Below, one piece after another: positions 38,321 to 47,306 of a stretch of DNA of 64,000 bases. The number at the start of each line of letters is the position of its first letter. Positions within the stretch are counted from its first letter, which is position 1. The notes below the pieces were generated by a model. That model was not told where the DNA came from and ran no database searches. It saw nothing but the letters and a program-made list of their open reading frames with translations. Source of the DNA: Bacteroidota bacterium (lineage in GTDB: Bacteria; Bacteroidota; Bacteroidia; Bacteroidales; UBA12481). A program made the translations under genes and the position numbers. Location: positions 330 to 64,329 of the forward strand of contig JAYEFL010000186.1 of NCBI GenBank assembly GCA_034658635.1, in the 5' to 3' direction.

Positions 38321-39679
38321 TTAAAAGAGTTTTTGATATAGTTCTCCAATATGCCTTACAGGTTCAATGCGAATAATTGTTTGTTTGAGGTCCATTTTCT
38401 TCAAATTTCCGGCTGGGATAAATATCTTATCAAACCCTAATCTGGAAGCTTCTGAAACCCTTAGTTCAATACGACTTACCGGGCGTATTTCACCGGATAA
38501 ACCTACTTCTCCGGTAAAGCATGTATTTTGATTCAAGGCTTCATTTTTATCAGAAGAGAGGATAGCAGCCATTACGGCCAGATCGGTAGCCGGATCGCTG
38601 ACTTTAAGTCCGCCAGCCATATTAAGAAAAACATCTTTAATTGATAATTTGAACCCAGCCCGCTTCTCCAAAACTGCCAGAAGCATACCCAGCCTGCGAA
38701 TATCAAATCCTGTTGCAGATCTTTGTGGTGTTCCGTATACAGCGGAGCTCACCAGCGATTGGGTCTGAATTAGTATCGGCCGCTGGCCTTCTATTGATGC
38801 AGAAATGGCATTTCCACTCAGAGGCATATCACGGTTGGCCAGAAGCATTTCTGATGGATTACTTACTTCACGAAGACCACCCTGCTGCATTTCATATATC
38901 CCCAGTTCATCTGTAGAGCCAAATCGATTCTTTTTTGAACGTAGAATGCGGTATAAATGGTTTTGATCGCCTTCAAACTGAAGAACTGTATCCACCATGT
39001 GTTCCAGAACCTTAGGGCCAGCCAGATTTCCTTCTTTATTGATATGACCTATCAGAATTATCGGTACATTTCTTTCTTTGGAGAAATGTAAAAATTCGGA
39101 TGTACACTCTCTGATCTGCGTAACTGTACCAGCTGATGACTCAGCCTTTTCTGTAATCAGTGTTTGAATTGAATCCACAATTACGAGTCTGGGTTCAATT
39201 TCATCCATGTACTTGAGATTGGTTTCAAGAGAGTTTTCACTAATAAAGTACAGGCTGTCATTATTTTTACCAAGCCTTTCTGTTCGCATTTTCAGTTGTT
39301 GCTGACTCTCTTCTCCCGAGATATATAGAATTTTCATCTCGTTCATTTCAAGTGCAAGCTGCAAAACCAGAGTAGATTTGCCGATTCCGGGTTCTCCACC
39401 GATCAAAATAACGGATCCGGGTACAATGCCACCACCAACGACCCGATCGAATTCTTCGTTGCCAGTTTTAAATCTACGCACGTCTTCACTCTTAATTTCA
39501 GAGATTCTTTTTGGCCTGGAAGAAAAGCGTTTTATTGAGGAGCTTGAGCTGGATTTGTTGGGAGTTATTATTTCCTCAATATAGCTGTTCCATTCACCGC
39601 AAGTCTGACAATGGCCGATCCATTTTGCAGAATGAGTTCCACAGGATTGACAGACGTAGCTTGACTTTTTTTTGGCCAT
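38321..39679 (-). CDS. radA: DNA repair protein RadA
   Basis: Zn-ribbon (CQSCGTHSAKW...CQTCGEW), Walker A (GGEPGIGKST), KNRFG, and a Lon-protease-like C-terminus. Confidence 0.95.
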   Translation of the reverse strand: MAKKKSSYVCQSCGTHSAKWIGHCQTCGEWNSYIEEIITPNKSSSSSSIKRFSSRPKRISEIKSEDVRRFKTGNEEFDRVVGGGIVPGSVILIGGEPGIGKSTLVLQLALEMNEMKILYISGEESQQQLKMRTERLGKNNDSLYFISENSLETNLKYMDEIEPRLVIVDSIQTLITEKAESSAGTVTQIRECTSEFLHFSKERNVPIILIGHINKEGNLAGPKVLEHMVDTVLQFEGDQNHLYRILRSKKNRFGSTDELGIYEMQQGGLREVSNPSEMLLANRDMPLSGNAISASIEGQRPILIQTQSLVSSAVYGTPQRSATGFDIRRLGMLLAVLEKRAGFKLSIKDVFLNMAGGLKVSDPATDLAVMAAILSSDKNEALNQNTCFTGEVGLSGEIRPVSRIELRVSEASRLGFDKIFIPAGNLKKMDLKQTIIRIEPVRHIGELYQKLF

Positions 39680-39689
39680 TATAGTGTGA

Positions 39690-39707
39690 GCTGATTCGCG
39701 AATCGGC
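39690..39707. repeat. REP-like palindrome (family 1 copy) between the panD stop and the radA start
   Basis: GCTGATTC-gc-GAATCGGC forms an 8-bp stem with one G-U pair. It is followed by CCTTAC, whose TTA is the panD stop codon on the minus strand. Confidence 0.8.
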
Positions 39708-39709
39708 CC

Positions 39710-40063
39710 TTACGGTAATATGCGATTTGTATCGGTATCGGGGAAAACCAGTGTTGGTTTATGTTTTTTTGCTTCTTCGATATCCATTGAGGCATATGAT
39801 ATGATGATGACCACATCTCCAACCTGAACTTTACGGGCTGCCGGGCCATTAAGGCAAAGCTCTCCCGATCCCCGCTCTCCCTTTATAACATAAGTTTCAA
39901 GACGCTCACCATTATTGATGTTGACTATCTGAACCTTTTCATTTTCAATGATATTGGCAGCTTCCATCAGGTTCTCATCAATAGTAATACTACCTACGTA
40001 TTGCAGGTTGGCCTGGCTTACAGTTACCTTATGGATTTTGGATTTACAGACTTCAATAAACAT
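39710..40063 (-). CDS. panD: Aspartate 1-decarboxylase
   Basis: The ATG at 40063 gives [30 protein letters not shown] with the G-S self-processing site. The track ORF is extended by 21 codons. Confidence 0.95.
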   Translation of the reverse strand: MFIEVCKSKIHKVTVSQANLQYVGSITIDENLMEAANIIENEKVQIVNINNGERLETYVIKGERGSGELCLNGPAARKVQVGDVVIIISYASMDIEEAKKHKPTLVFPDTDTNRILP

Positions 40064-40103
40064 GATTTTTCCAAACTTTTTCGAGTGCAAAGGTATAGAA
40101 ATT

Positions 40104-40952
40104 TCAAAACATAGGGAGATTATCAATTAATCTGACTTCTCCGGCAAATACAGCAATAAAGCAGCGTACCCGTAAATTGCATGGCCGGGTAATTTCAACC
40201 AGTCCTTCTTCTGTAGCAAATGTAATATATTCCACTCTGAAATTTGATATTGCATTTAACTGTTTTGTCAGCTGAGTCGATATTTCATCAGGAGATTTTC
40301 CCAAACTGATCTCTTGCTTTGCTAACAGAAGAGAGGTATACAAGTGGTCTGCGTGCTTCCTGTCTGCAGGCAATAGTCTTTTATTTCTTGAACTCATGGC
40401 TAAACCATCAGGTTCACGAATAATCTGACATGGAACTATCTTCACCGGGTGTGATTCTATCTTTGTTAATTCTCGTATTATGGCCAATTGTTGAAAGTCT
40501 TTTTCACCAAAATACGCACTTGTTGGCTCAATAATGCGGAAAAGCTTATCAACCACAATCCCCACACCATTAAAATGGCCTGGCCTGTGGGCCCCTTCCA
40601 TCACTTTCTCAAGGTCACCAAAATCATATGATTTAGTTTCTTCAACAGAGTACATTTCTTCTGCATCGGGTGCAAAAACAAAATCTCCGGGTTCTAGTAT
40701 TCCAGACAGCATTTCAAGGTCATTCTCAAGGGTTCTCGGATAATTATGAAGATCTGAAGCCTTGTTAAACTGGATCGGATTCACAAAGATTGAAACTGCA
40801 ACAGACTGATTTTCAGCCTTGGCTCTTCGAACAAGAGTCAAATGACCTTCATGCAAAGCTCCCATGGTTGGAACGAACCCCAAGCTGAATTTTTTCAACT
40901 TCAAGAGCTTGCGATAATCAATGGTCTCGTTGATGTGTTTGAACAGTTTCAT
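40104..40952 (-). CDS. panC: Pantoate--beta-alanine ligase
   Basis: [13 protein letters not shown] motif, and 282 aa is the typical PanC length. Confidence 0.95.
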   Translation of the reverse strand: MKLFKHINETIDYRKLLKLKKFSLGFVPTMGALHEGHLTLVRRAKAENQSVAVSIFVNPIQFNKASDLHNYPRTLENDLEMLSGILEPGDFVFAPDAEEMYSVEETKSYDFGDLEKVMEGAHRPGHFNGVGIVVDKLFRIIEPTSAYFGEKDFQQLAIIRELTKIESHPVKIVPCQIIREPDGLAMSSRNKRLLPADRKHADHLYTSLLLAKQEISLGKSPDEISTQLTKQLNAISNFRVEYITFATEEGLVEITRPCNLRVRCFIAVFAGEVRLIDNLPMF

Positions 40953-40977
40953 TCTGATTTATTTCAAGAACGGCTGG

Positions 40978-40985
40978 CAAAGTTA
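40978..40985 (-). promoter_or_regulatory. -7 box candidate for panC-panD
   Basis: The minus strand reads TAACTTTG, 25 nt upstream of the ATG at 40952. Confidence 0.45.
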
Positions 40986-41049
40986 AATAGAAAAGCTATT
41001 AACAATTCCCAATAAGTGTTAATAAGTTGAGATTTACCTCAATTTTTAC

Positions 41050-41057
41050 TAATTTTG
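41050..41057 (+). promoter_or_regulatory. -7 box candidate for the glycogen-synthase-like gene
   Basis: TAATTTTG lies 26 nt upstream of the ATG at 41084. Confidence 0.45.
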
Positions 41058-41083
41058 CAAGCGAAAAGGAAAATCTGTCGGGA

Positions 41084-41896
41084 ATGAAAAAACAAAGAAT
41101 TCTGTACGTTTCTCAAGAGATAGCCCCATACTTGCCAGAGAGCGAAATGTCCAAGATCGGACGATATTTACCCCAGGGAATTCAGGAATTAGGCATGGAA
41201 ATTCGCACTTTTATGCCGAAGTATGGCCACATCAATGAGCGACGTAATCAGCTGCACGAGGTCATTCGCCTCTCAGGCATGAATCTTATTATAAATGATT
41301 CAGATCATCCCCTGATTATCAAGGTGGCCTCAATTCAGGCTGCAAGGATGCAGGTGTATTTTATTGATAATGAAGATTATTTTCATCAGAAAGGGATACT
41401 CGGAGGTGAAAACGGGAAGGAATTTGCTGATAATGATGAGCGAACAATCTTTTTTGCCCGTGGCGTTCTTGAAACTGTCAGGAAGCTTCGCTGGGGGCCA
41501 AATCTTGTTCATTGTCACGGAGTTATTACATCGGTTATCCCCCTTTATCTTAGAAAGGCTTTCCAGGATGATCCTTTGTTTAATACGGCAAAGGTGATCG
41601 TTTCTCTGTACAATGAAGGTTTTTCGGGAGAGATGAATAATAGTTTTAAAGAAAAAGTTTTACTAGAGGGCATTAGTTCGGAAGATGTTAACGTTATATC
41701 CAAACCGGATGCCGCAGCACTGAATAAACTTGCAGTAAATTTTGCGGATGGTGTGATTCTTGGCAGCAAGGATCTGGATTCAGAATTATTAGATTACGTG
41801 AAGTCCAGCGGAATACCATACCTGGAGTATCAGGATCCGGATAATTATGTAACGGCCTACTCTGATTTTTACGAACAGATATTGGCTATTGACTAA
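41084..41896 (+). CDS. Glycogen/starch-synthase-like protein, N-terminal (GT5) half only, about 270 aa
   Basis: The ATG at 41084 gives MKKQRILYVSQEIAPYLPES, a typical GlgA-type N-terminus. The protein ends where the GT-B C-terminal half would begin. The track start at 41027 is TTG. Confidence 0.75.
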   Translation: MKKQRILYVSQEIAPYLPESEMSKIGRYLPQGIQELGMEIRTFMPKYGHINERRNQLHEVIRLSGMNLIINDSDHPLIIKVASIQAARMQVYFIDNEDYFHQKGILGGENGKEFADNDERTIFFARGVLETVRKLRWGPNLVHCHGVITSVIPLYLRKAFQDDPLFNTAKVIVSLYNEGFSGEMNNSFKEKVLLEGISSEDVNVISKPDAAALNKLAVNFADGVILGSKDLDSELLDYVKSSGIPYLEYQDPDNYVTAYSDFYEQILAID

Positions 41897-41913
41897 TGTA
41901 ATTATTGCAGCTC

Positions 41914-43221
41914 ATGATGAAACAGCATTTAGGTTCATTCCTTTCAAGGCTCCTGTACGGGGGGCTTTTATTTTTTATGATAACAGGATTTTATTCCTGT
42001 GATAATTCAGACCAATTGGGTTTGGAGATCACTCCTCCCGGCGAAAGATTTGCTTATCATATTGATTCCAATGCCTTAATCGGCATGAAAACTTTGAGGC
42101 AAGATTCGCTTACCAGTGAGAAACGCAGTGCAATCTTGCTCGGATCAATAGCAGATGATGTTTTCGGATCTCATCAGTCCAGTTTCCTCACCCAGTTGCG
42201 ATTGTCGTCGCAGGATGTGGATTTTGGAGAAGAAATACAGTTGGATTCTACTATTCTGCTTTTGAAATATCATGGATACTATGGTGATACAAGCAGTCTG
42301 CAAAATATCCAGGTTTTTGAAATGACCGATGATCTGGAATTTGACAGTACCTACTATTCTAACCTCAGTCTGGAGACTTATTTTGATTCAAGTCAGCCAC
42401 TTGCTGAAAAGAGCTATTATCCAACTCCGGGAGCTGACTCGCTGACAATTCGTATGGATGATCAGATTGGGTTGAAAATATTAGAAGCCGATACCAGTCA
42501 TCTCAGGGATAACAGTACATTTCTGGAATATTTTAAAGGTTTGTATCTGACAACTGATCCTGTTGAATCCGGGGGAGTAATGACCTATTTCAATCTGGCC
42601 GGAGGACAATCAAGGCTGATATTATATTACAGCAATAATGAGGAAGATTCACTGTCTTATGAAGTTATCATTAACAGTAATTGTACCTGGGTAAATATTT
42701 TTGATCATGAGTACGAAGGCTCTGAAGCAGGAGCAGTTGTCAATGATAGTATAGATACCCATGAGCTGGTATATATTCAGGCTATGTCTGGATTAAGAGC
42801 TGGTTTGAGCATTGAGTTTAGCGACAGTATTCTGCTTTTGGCAGAGAAAGGTATTGCTATTAATAAGGCAGAACTGATTTTTCCCGTCACCACGGATTAT
42901 GTTAATGATTATCTTGAAAAGCCTGCTACTTTGGCTGTTTTTGGTGCCAATGAAGATGGAACCAACACTTTCATTGATGATATTTTTCTGGGAGAAAGCT
43001 ATTACGATGGTACTTATCACCAGGAAGAGGAAGGCTATATTTTCAATATTTCACGTCATATACAGAATCTACTGAACCCTGACATTGACAACAGGCTGGA
43101 AAACAGTGGATTATACTTGGTGATTAACGATGCACGAGTATCAGCCAGTAATCTTGTTTTAAAGAATGGCGATTCCTTATCTGGTGTTCGATTGATTATT
43201 ACCTACACAATGATTAACTAG
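41914..43221 (+). CDS. DUF4270-like lipoprotein of unknown function
   Basis: Lipobox-like FFMITGFYSC. It follows the glycogen-synthase-like gene after 17 nt. The DUF assignment is from memory. Confidence 0.55.
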   Translation: MMKQHLGSFLSRLLYGGLLFFMITGFYSCDNSDQLGLEITPPGERFAYHIDSNALIGMKTLRQDSLTSEKRSAILLGSIADDVFGSHQSSFLTQLRLSSQDVDFGEEIQLDSTILLLKYHGYYGDTSSLQNIQVFEMTDDLEFDSTYYSNLSLETYFDSSQPLAEKSYYPTPGADSLTIRMDDQIGLKILEADTSHLRDNSTFLEYFKGLYLTTDPVESGGVMTYFNLAGGQSRLILYYSNNEEDSLSYEVIINSNCTWVNIFDHEYEGSEAGAVVNDSIDTHELVYIQAMSGLRAGLSIEFSDSILLLAEKGIAINKAELIFPVTTDYVNDYLEKPATLAVFGANEDGTNTFIDDIFLGESYYDGTYHQEEEGYIFNISRHIQNLLNPDIDNRLENSGLYLVINDARVSASNLVLKNGDSLSGVRLIITYTMIN

Positions 43222-43228
43222 CCTGCCT

Positions 43229-43275
43229 GGCAGACACATTGGTCTCATGGGCAGACACATTGGTCTGCCCCTACT
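43229..43275. repeat. REP-like repeat family 2: two tandem 21-nt units, the second a perfect hairpin with a CCTAC (GTAG-type) foot
   Basis: GGCAGACACATTGGTCT occurs at 43229-43245 and 43250-43266. The hairpin is GGGCAGAC-acattg-GTCTGCCC at 43249-43270, followed by CTACT. Confidence 0.9.
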
Positions 43276-43284
43276 TCATTTTTT
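43249..43284 (+). terminator. Probable intrinsic terminator for the DUF4270-like gene (the same hairpin plus a T-run)
   Basis: An 8-bp GC-rich stem with a 6-nt loop, then cattttttat within 15 nt. Confidence 0.5.
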
Positions 43285-43285
43285 A

Positions 43286-43293
43286 TATCTTTG
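43286..43293 (+). promoter_or_regulatory. -7 box candidate for glmS
   Basis: TATCTTTG lies 40 nt upstream of the ATG at 43333. Confidence 0.45.
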
Positions 43294-43332
43294 TTTCAAC
43301 CATTTTATTATGAACCCTTACAATAAATCATT

Positions 43333-45168
43333 ATGTGTGGAATTGTTGGCTACATTGGAGGCAAGGATGCTTATCCAATTTTGATCAATGGACTCAGGCG
43401 ATTAGAATACCGGGGATATGATTCTGCCGGAATTGCCCTGATTGATAACGGAATTCATATCCATAAAGTAAAAGGAAAGGTGGGCGATTTGGAAAACCGA
43501 TTTGTTTCGCAATCCAAAAAGGGCAATATCGGGATGGGTCACACCCGCTGGGCTACCCATGGTGAACCCAATGAGATTAATGCCCATCCTCATGTTTCGT
43601 TTCGTGGTCATTTTACCCTGGTGCACAATGGTATAATAGAGAATTATGCCTCTATCAAGAAGCATCTCTTATCCAGAGAAGTGAAATTCAGAGGAGAAAC
43701 AGACTCTGAGGTTTTCGTTAATCTAATTGAACATTTGTACCTGGAGGTGGATGTTTCAGCGGAGCAGGCGGTTCAGATGGCATGCCATAAAGTGGAAGGG
43801 GCCTATGGAATTGTGGTTGCTTGTAATAATGAGCCTGACAGGCTGATTGCTGCACGTAAGGGAAGTCCTTTGGTTATCGGGGTTGGTGAGGGCGAATATT
43901 TTCTGGCTTCAGATGCCACTCCTCTGGTTGAGTACACGAGTAATGTTATTTATCTGAATGATGATGATCTGGCGATTATCAAAAAGGATGAGTTAATTTT
44001 AAAAACTCTTCGCAATCCGATACATAAGCCGGAAATACAGGAGCTGGATCTTTCTATCGGGGAAATTGATAAGGAGGGGTATGATCATTTTATGCTCAAA
44101 GAAATTTTTGAGCAGCCCAGGGCAATTCAGGATACATTCAGAGGACGAATATTGGCCGATTTTCAGGGTATTCAACTGGGAGGATTGATGGAGGTCTTGC
44201 CAAAACTATATCAGGCCAAGAGAATAATCATCACTGCATGCGGTACATCATGGCATGCCGCACTGGTTGGGGAGTACTATTTTGAAGAGTTTTCCCGCAT
44301 TCCGGTTGAAGTAGAGTATAGTTCAGAATTCAGGTATAGAAATCCCATTATCGGACCTGAGGATATTGTTATTGCAATATCGCAAAGTGGAGAAACAGCA
44401 GATACTTTAGCTGCCATCAAGTTAGCTAAGGAGAGAGGTGCAACAGTTTTGGGTATTTGTAATGTTGTAGGTTCAAGTATTCCGAGAGAAACCGACGCGG
44501 GTGTCTATACCCATGCGGGACCTGAAATCGGAGTTGCAAGTACAAAAGCGTTTACGGCTCAGGTTACGGTTCTGTTTATGATGGCCATATCTACCGGGAG
44601 ACATAATGGAAGTCTTTCTCAGGAAAAGTTTGAAAGCCTGATTCGCGAACTGGTAACTATTCCGTCAAAGATGGAAGAAACACTCACGGCTGAAAAGGAG
44701 ATAGTTGAATTGGCTGGCATAATCAAAGATTCACCCAATGCACTATATCTGGGAAGGGGAGCATTTTTCCCAGTGGCTCTTGAGGGTGCATTGAAGCTGA
44801 AGGAGATATCGTATATTCATGCTGAGGGATATCCGGCTGCGGAGATGAAACATGGTCCCATAGCCCTGGTGGATGAAAATATGCCTGTGATTGTTGTTGC
44901 TACCAAGGACCAAACCACTGAAAAGGTTATCAGTAATATTCAGGAGATTAAGGCCAGAAAAGGAAAAGTAATAGCTATAGTTACTGAAGGAGATGAGGAA
45001 ATAATCAAAATAGCTGACCATACAATAGCAGTTAAAGACACTTCTCCTGAATTTGCCGTTCTTTTATCTGTAGTTCCTCTCCAGTTGCTTGCATATCATA
45101 TTGCTGTGATGAGGGGATGCGACGTTGATCAGCCCAGAAATCTTGCCAAGTCTGTAACCGTAGAATAA
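43333..45168 (+). CDS. glmS: Glutamine--fructose-6-phosphate aminotransferase
   Basis: MCGIVGY Ntn-amidotransferase start, two SIS domains, and the C-terminal ...NLAKSVTVE. Confidence 0.97.
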   Translation: MCGIVGYIGGKDAYPILINGLRRLEYRGYDSAGIALIDNGIHIHKVKGKVGDLENRFVSQSKKGNIGMGHTRWATHGEPNEINAHPHVSFRGHFTLVHNGIIENYASIKKHLLSREVKFRGETDSEVFVNLIEHLYLEVDVSAEQAVQMACHKVEGAYGIVVACNNEPDRLIAARKGSPLVIGVGEGEYFLASDATPLVEYTSNVIYLNDDDLAIIKKDELILKTLRNPIHKPEIQELDLSIGEIDKEGYDHFMLKEIFEQPRAIQDTFRGRILADFQGIQLGGLMEVLPKLYQAKRIIITACGTSWHAALVGEYYFEEFSRIPVEVEYSSEFRYRNPIIGPEDIVIAISQSGETADTLAAIKLAKERGATVLGICNVVGSSIPRETDAGVYTHAGPEIGVASTKAFTAQVTVLFMMAISTGRHNGSLSQEKFESLIRELVTIPSKMEETLTAEKEIVELAGIIKDSPNALYLGRGAFFPVALEGALKLKEISYIHAEGYPAAEMKHGPIALVDENMPVIVVATKDQTTEKVISNIQEIKARKGKVIAIVTEGDEEIIKIADHTIAVKDTSPEFAVLLSVVPLQLLAYHIAVMRGCDVDQPRNLAKSVTVE

Positions 45169-45174
45169 TTTCGC

Positions 45175-47160
45175 ATGAAAAAATCAGCATATCGTTCTCT
45201 GAATCCTGGTGAAATAGAAATTCTTAGGGCACAGGACTGTCATTCTGATTCATGGCAGAATATTCAGGTTAAGGAGGGTTTTGATCCGAAACGAATTAAC
45301 AATAGTAGTTTTTCTGGTGAAATTCGTCTCGGTATTTTTTCTAAACAAGTGAGTTTTCCTGGCGGAGTCAGGCATAAGGCAGGAATTAGCTATTCTGCTT
45401 TGCATAATTGTACTGTTGGAGATGAGTGTTTTATCTCAGGTGTGCGAAACTACATTGCCAATTATGATATTGCCGATAATGTGGTTATTGACAATCTCGA
45501 AATAATGTATACAGAGGGTGAAACCTCTTTTGGAAATGGGATTGGTGTTGCTGTGCTGAATGAAACCGGGGGACGAGAGGTATTGATGTATAATCGTCTT
45601 TCTGCTCATCTAGCCTATATCATGGCTTTGTATCGTCACCGGCCAAAGGTGATCGAGAAGATTTACCGGATGATTGCAAAATATGCCAAAAAACGGAAAA
45701 GCAGTCGGGGATATGTAGGACCTGGTAGTATTATTACCAATACAGGTCAAATAAGAAATGTATGGATAGGGGAAAGCGCAAGAATTGAAGGTGTTACCCG
45801 TCTTGACGAGGGCTCTGTAAACTCATCCCTTGCTGCTCCGGTTAAAATTGGCTGTAGTGTAAGTGCCCGGTTTTTTATTATTTCATCGGGATCTGTAATA
45901 ACGGATTCATGTTTGCTGGAGAAATGCTTTGTTGGACAGGGAGTTGAGCTTGGGCGGTATTTTTCGGCTGAAAATTCTCTGTTTTTCTCAAATTGTGTTG
46001 GATTTCATGGAGAGGCATGTTCTATTTTTGCCGGACCCTATACGGTTACACATCATAAATCCACACTTTTGATTGCTGCATACTATTCCTTTCTTAATGC
46101 AGGCAGTGGATCTAACCAAAGCAACCACATGTATAAGCTAGGACCTATACATCAGGGAATTATTGAGCGTGGTAGTAAAACAACCTCAGACTCCTACATG
46201 TTATGGCCTGCTCGAGTTGGAGCATTTACACTGGTTATGGGGCGGCATTATAAAAATTCTGACACTACAGATCTTCCTTTCTCTTATTTGATAGAGAGTC
46301 AGGATGAAAGTGTTCTGGCTCCTGCTGTTAATCTGAAATCAGTTGGTACTATCAGAGATGCACAAAAATGGCCTAAGAGAGATAAGCGAAAAGACCCTGA
46401 TCTGCTTGATCATATAAATTTCAACCTTCTGAGTCCGTTTACTATTCAAAAAATGTGGAGGGGTAGGGATATATTGAACAGTCTCAAGGGCAATGCAGGC
46501 AGGCATTCTGATTATTATTTCTATGAAAATTGCAAGATTCAGAGAAGATCTTTGGAAAAAGGCTTGAAGTTGTACACGATGGGAATTCAGAAATTTCTAG
46601 GTAACTCACTGATTTCGAGGCTGGAGAAAAAGGAAGTGAAAGATGTAGATGAATTGTTTGTGAAGCTTGAAACCTGTCACCGCCATGGAGCTGGTGAGTG
46701 GGTCGATCTGGCCGGATTGTTTGCTCCGAAAACACTGGTTGAGGATTTGTTAAACCGAATTGAAACCAAACATGTGACAGATTTAGAAGATATTCATCTG
46801 GAGTTTTATAAGTGGCACAAGGATTATTACGAGATGGAGTGGACTTGGGCGAAAGCGAAGCTGGAGGAAGAGTTTGGTATTCCTATTTCAAAGTTTAATT
46901 CCGATGATGTAATTGAGATTATTGAATCATGGAAAAAGGCTGTAGTAGGTTTAGATAATCTGCTTTACGAAGATGCCAAAAAGGAATTTGCCCTTTCATC
47001 GCAAACTGGTTTTGGAGTGGATGGCAGCGAGGCAGACCGGGATCTGGATTTTGAGGAAGTCAGAGGTGATTTCGAAAAAAATCCGGCCGTATCAGCGATA
47101 CGGAAGCACATAGAGAAAAAAACAAAATTGGGGGATTGGTGGATTGGGAAAATGAGGTAG
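45175..47160 (+). CDS. DUF4954-like protein of unknown function (beta-helix-like repeats)
   Basis: 661 aa, starting 6 nt after the glmS stop. It has irregular hexapeptide-like repeats (IGESARIEGVTRLDEGSV, VGQGVELGRYFSAENSLFFSNCVG). The DUF assignment is from memory. Confidence 0.55.
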   Translation: MKKSAYRSLNPGEIEILRAQDCHSDSWQNIQVKEGFDPKRINNSSFSGEIRLGIFSKQVSFPGGVRHKAGISYSALHNCTVGDECFISGVRNYIANYDIADNVVIDNLEIMYTEGETSFGNGIGVAVLNETGGREVLMYNRLSAHLAYIMALYRHRPKVIEKIYRMIAKYAKKRKSSRGYVGPGSIITNTGQIRNVWIGESARIEGVTRLDEGSVNSSLAAPVKIGCSVSARFFIISSGSVITDSCLLEKCFVGQGVELGRYFSAENSLFFSNCVGFHGEACSIFAGPYTVTHHKSTLLIAAYYSFLNAGSGSNQSNHMYKLGPIHQGIIERGSKTTSDSYMLWPARVGAFTLVMGRHYKNSDTTDLPFSYLIESQDESVLAPAVNLKSVGTIRDAQKWPKRDKRKDPDLLDHINFNLLSPFTIQKMWRGRDILNSLKGNAGRHSDYYFYENCKIQRRSLEKGLKLYTMGIQKFLGNSLISRLEKKEVKDVDELFVKLETCHRHGAGEWVDLAGLFAPKTLVEDLLNRIETKHVTDLEDIHLEFYKWHKDYYEMEWTWAKAKLEEEFGIPISKFNSDDVIEIIESWKKAVVGLDNLLYEDAKKEFALSSQTGFGVDGSEADRDLDFEEVRGDFEKNPAVSAIRKHIEKKTKLGDWWIGKMR

Positions 47161-47295
47161 GGGCCGATTCTCGAATCGGCCCACCTCGTTCGGTGAATCG
47201 GCCCATCTTGTTCATGAATCGGCCCATTTCGTTCGGTGAATCGGCACGATATAGATTTGGATAATTCCATCCGGGGCCGATTCGAGAATCGGCCC
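47161..47295. repeat. REP-like repeat family 1 array: two perfect 10-bp-stem palindromes bracketing 21-22-nt tandem half-units
   Basis: GGGCCGATTC-tc-GAATCGGCCC is at 47161-47182 and GGGCCGATTC-ga-GAATCGGCCC is at 47274-47295. Right-arm copies GAATCGGCCCA / GAATCGGCAC begin at 47173, 47195, 47216 and 47238. Confidence 0.9.
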
Positions 47296-47306
47296 GTACG
47301 AAGATT

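Noticed and set aside
41084-41896. The short glycogen-synthase-like gene as a pseudogene.
   Set aside because: The ORF is intact and has its own promoter box. As far as I recall, the half-length form is the normal Bacteroidota version, so I report it as an open question rather than as gene decay.
43222-43332. A possible glmS ribozyme upstream of glmS.
   Set aside because: The 111-nt leader is occupied by the REP hairpin, a T-run and a promoter box. That leaves about 40 nt of 5' UTR, which is too short for the ribozyme core, and none of its conserved core sequence is recognisable.
46965-47270. A 101-aa ORF containing GPIHEQDGPIHRTRWADSRIGP repeats.
   Set aside because: It is the translation of the REP-like array (47161-47295) plus the antisense 3' end of the DUF4954-like gene. 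It is not a gene.
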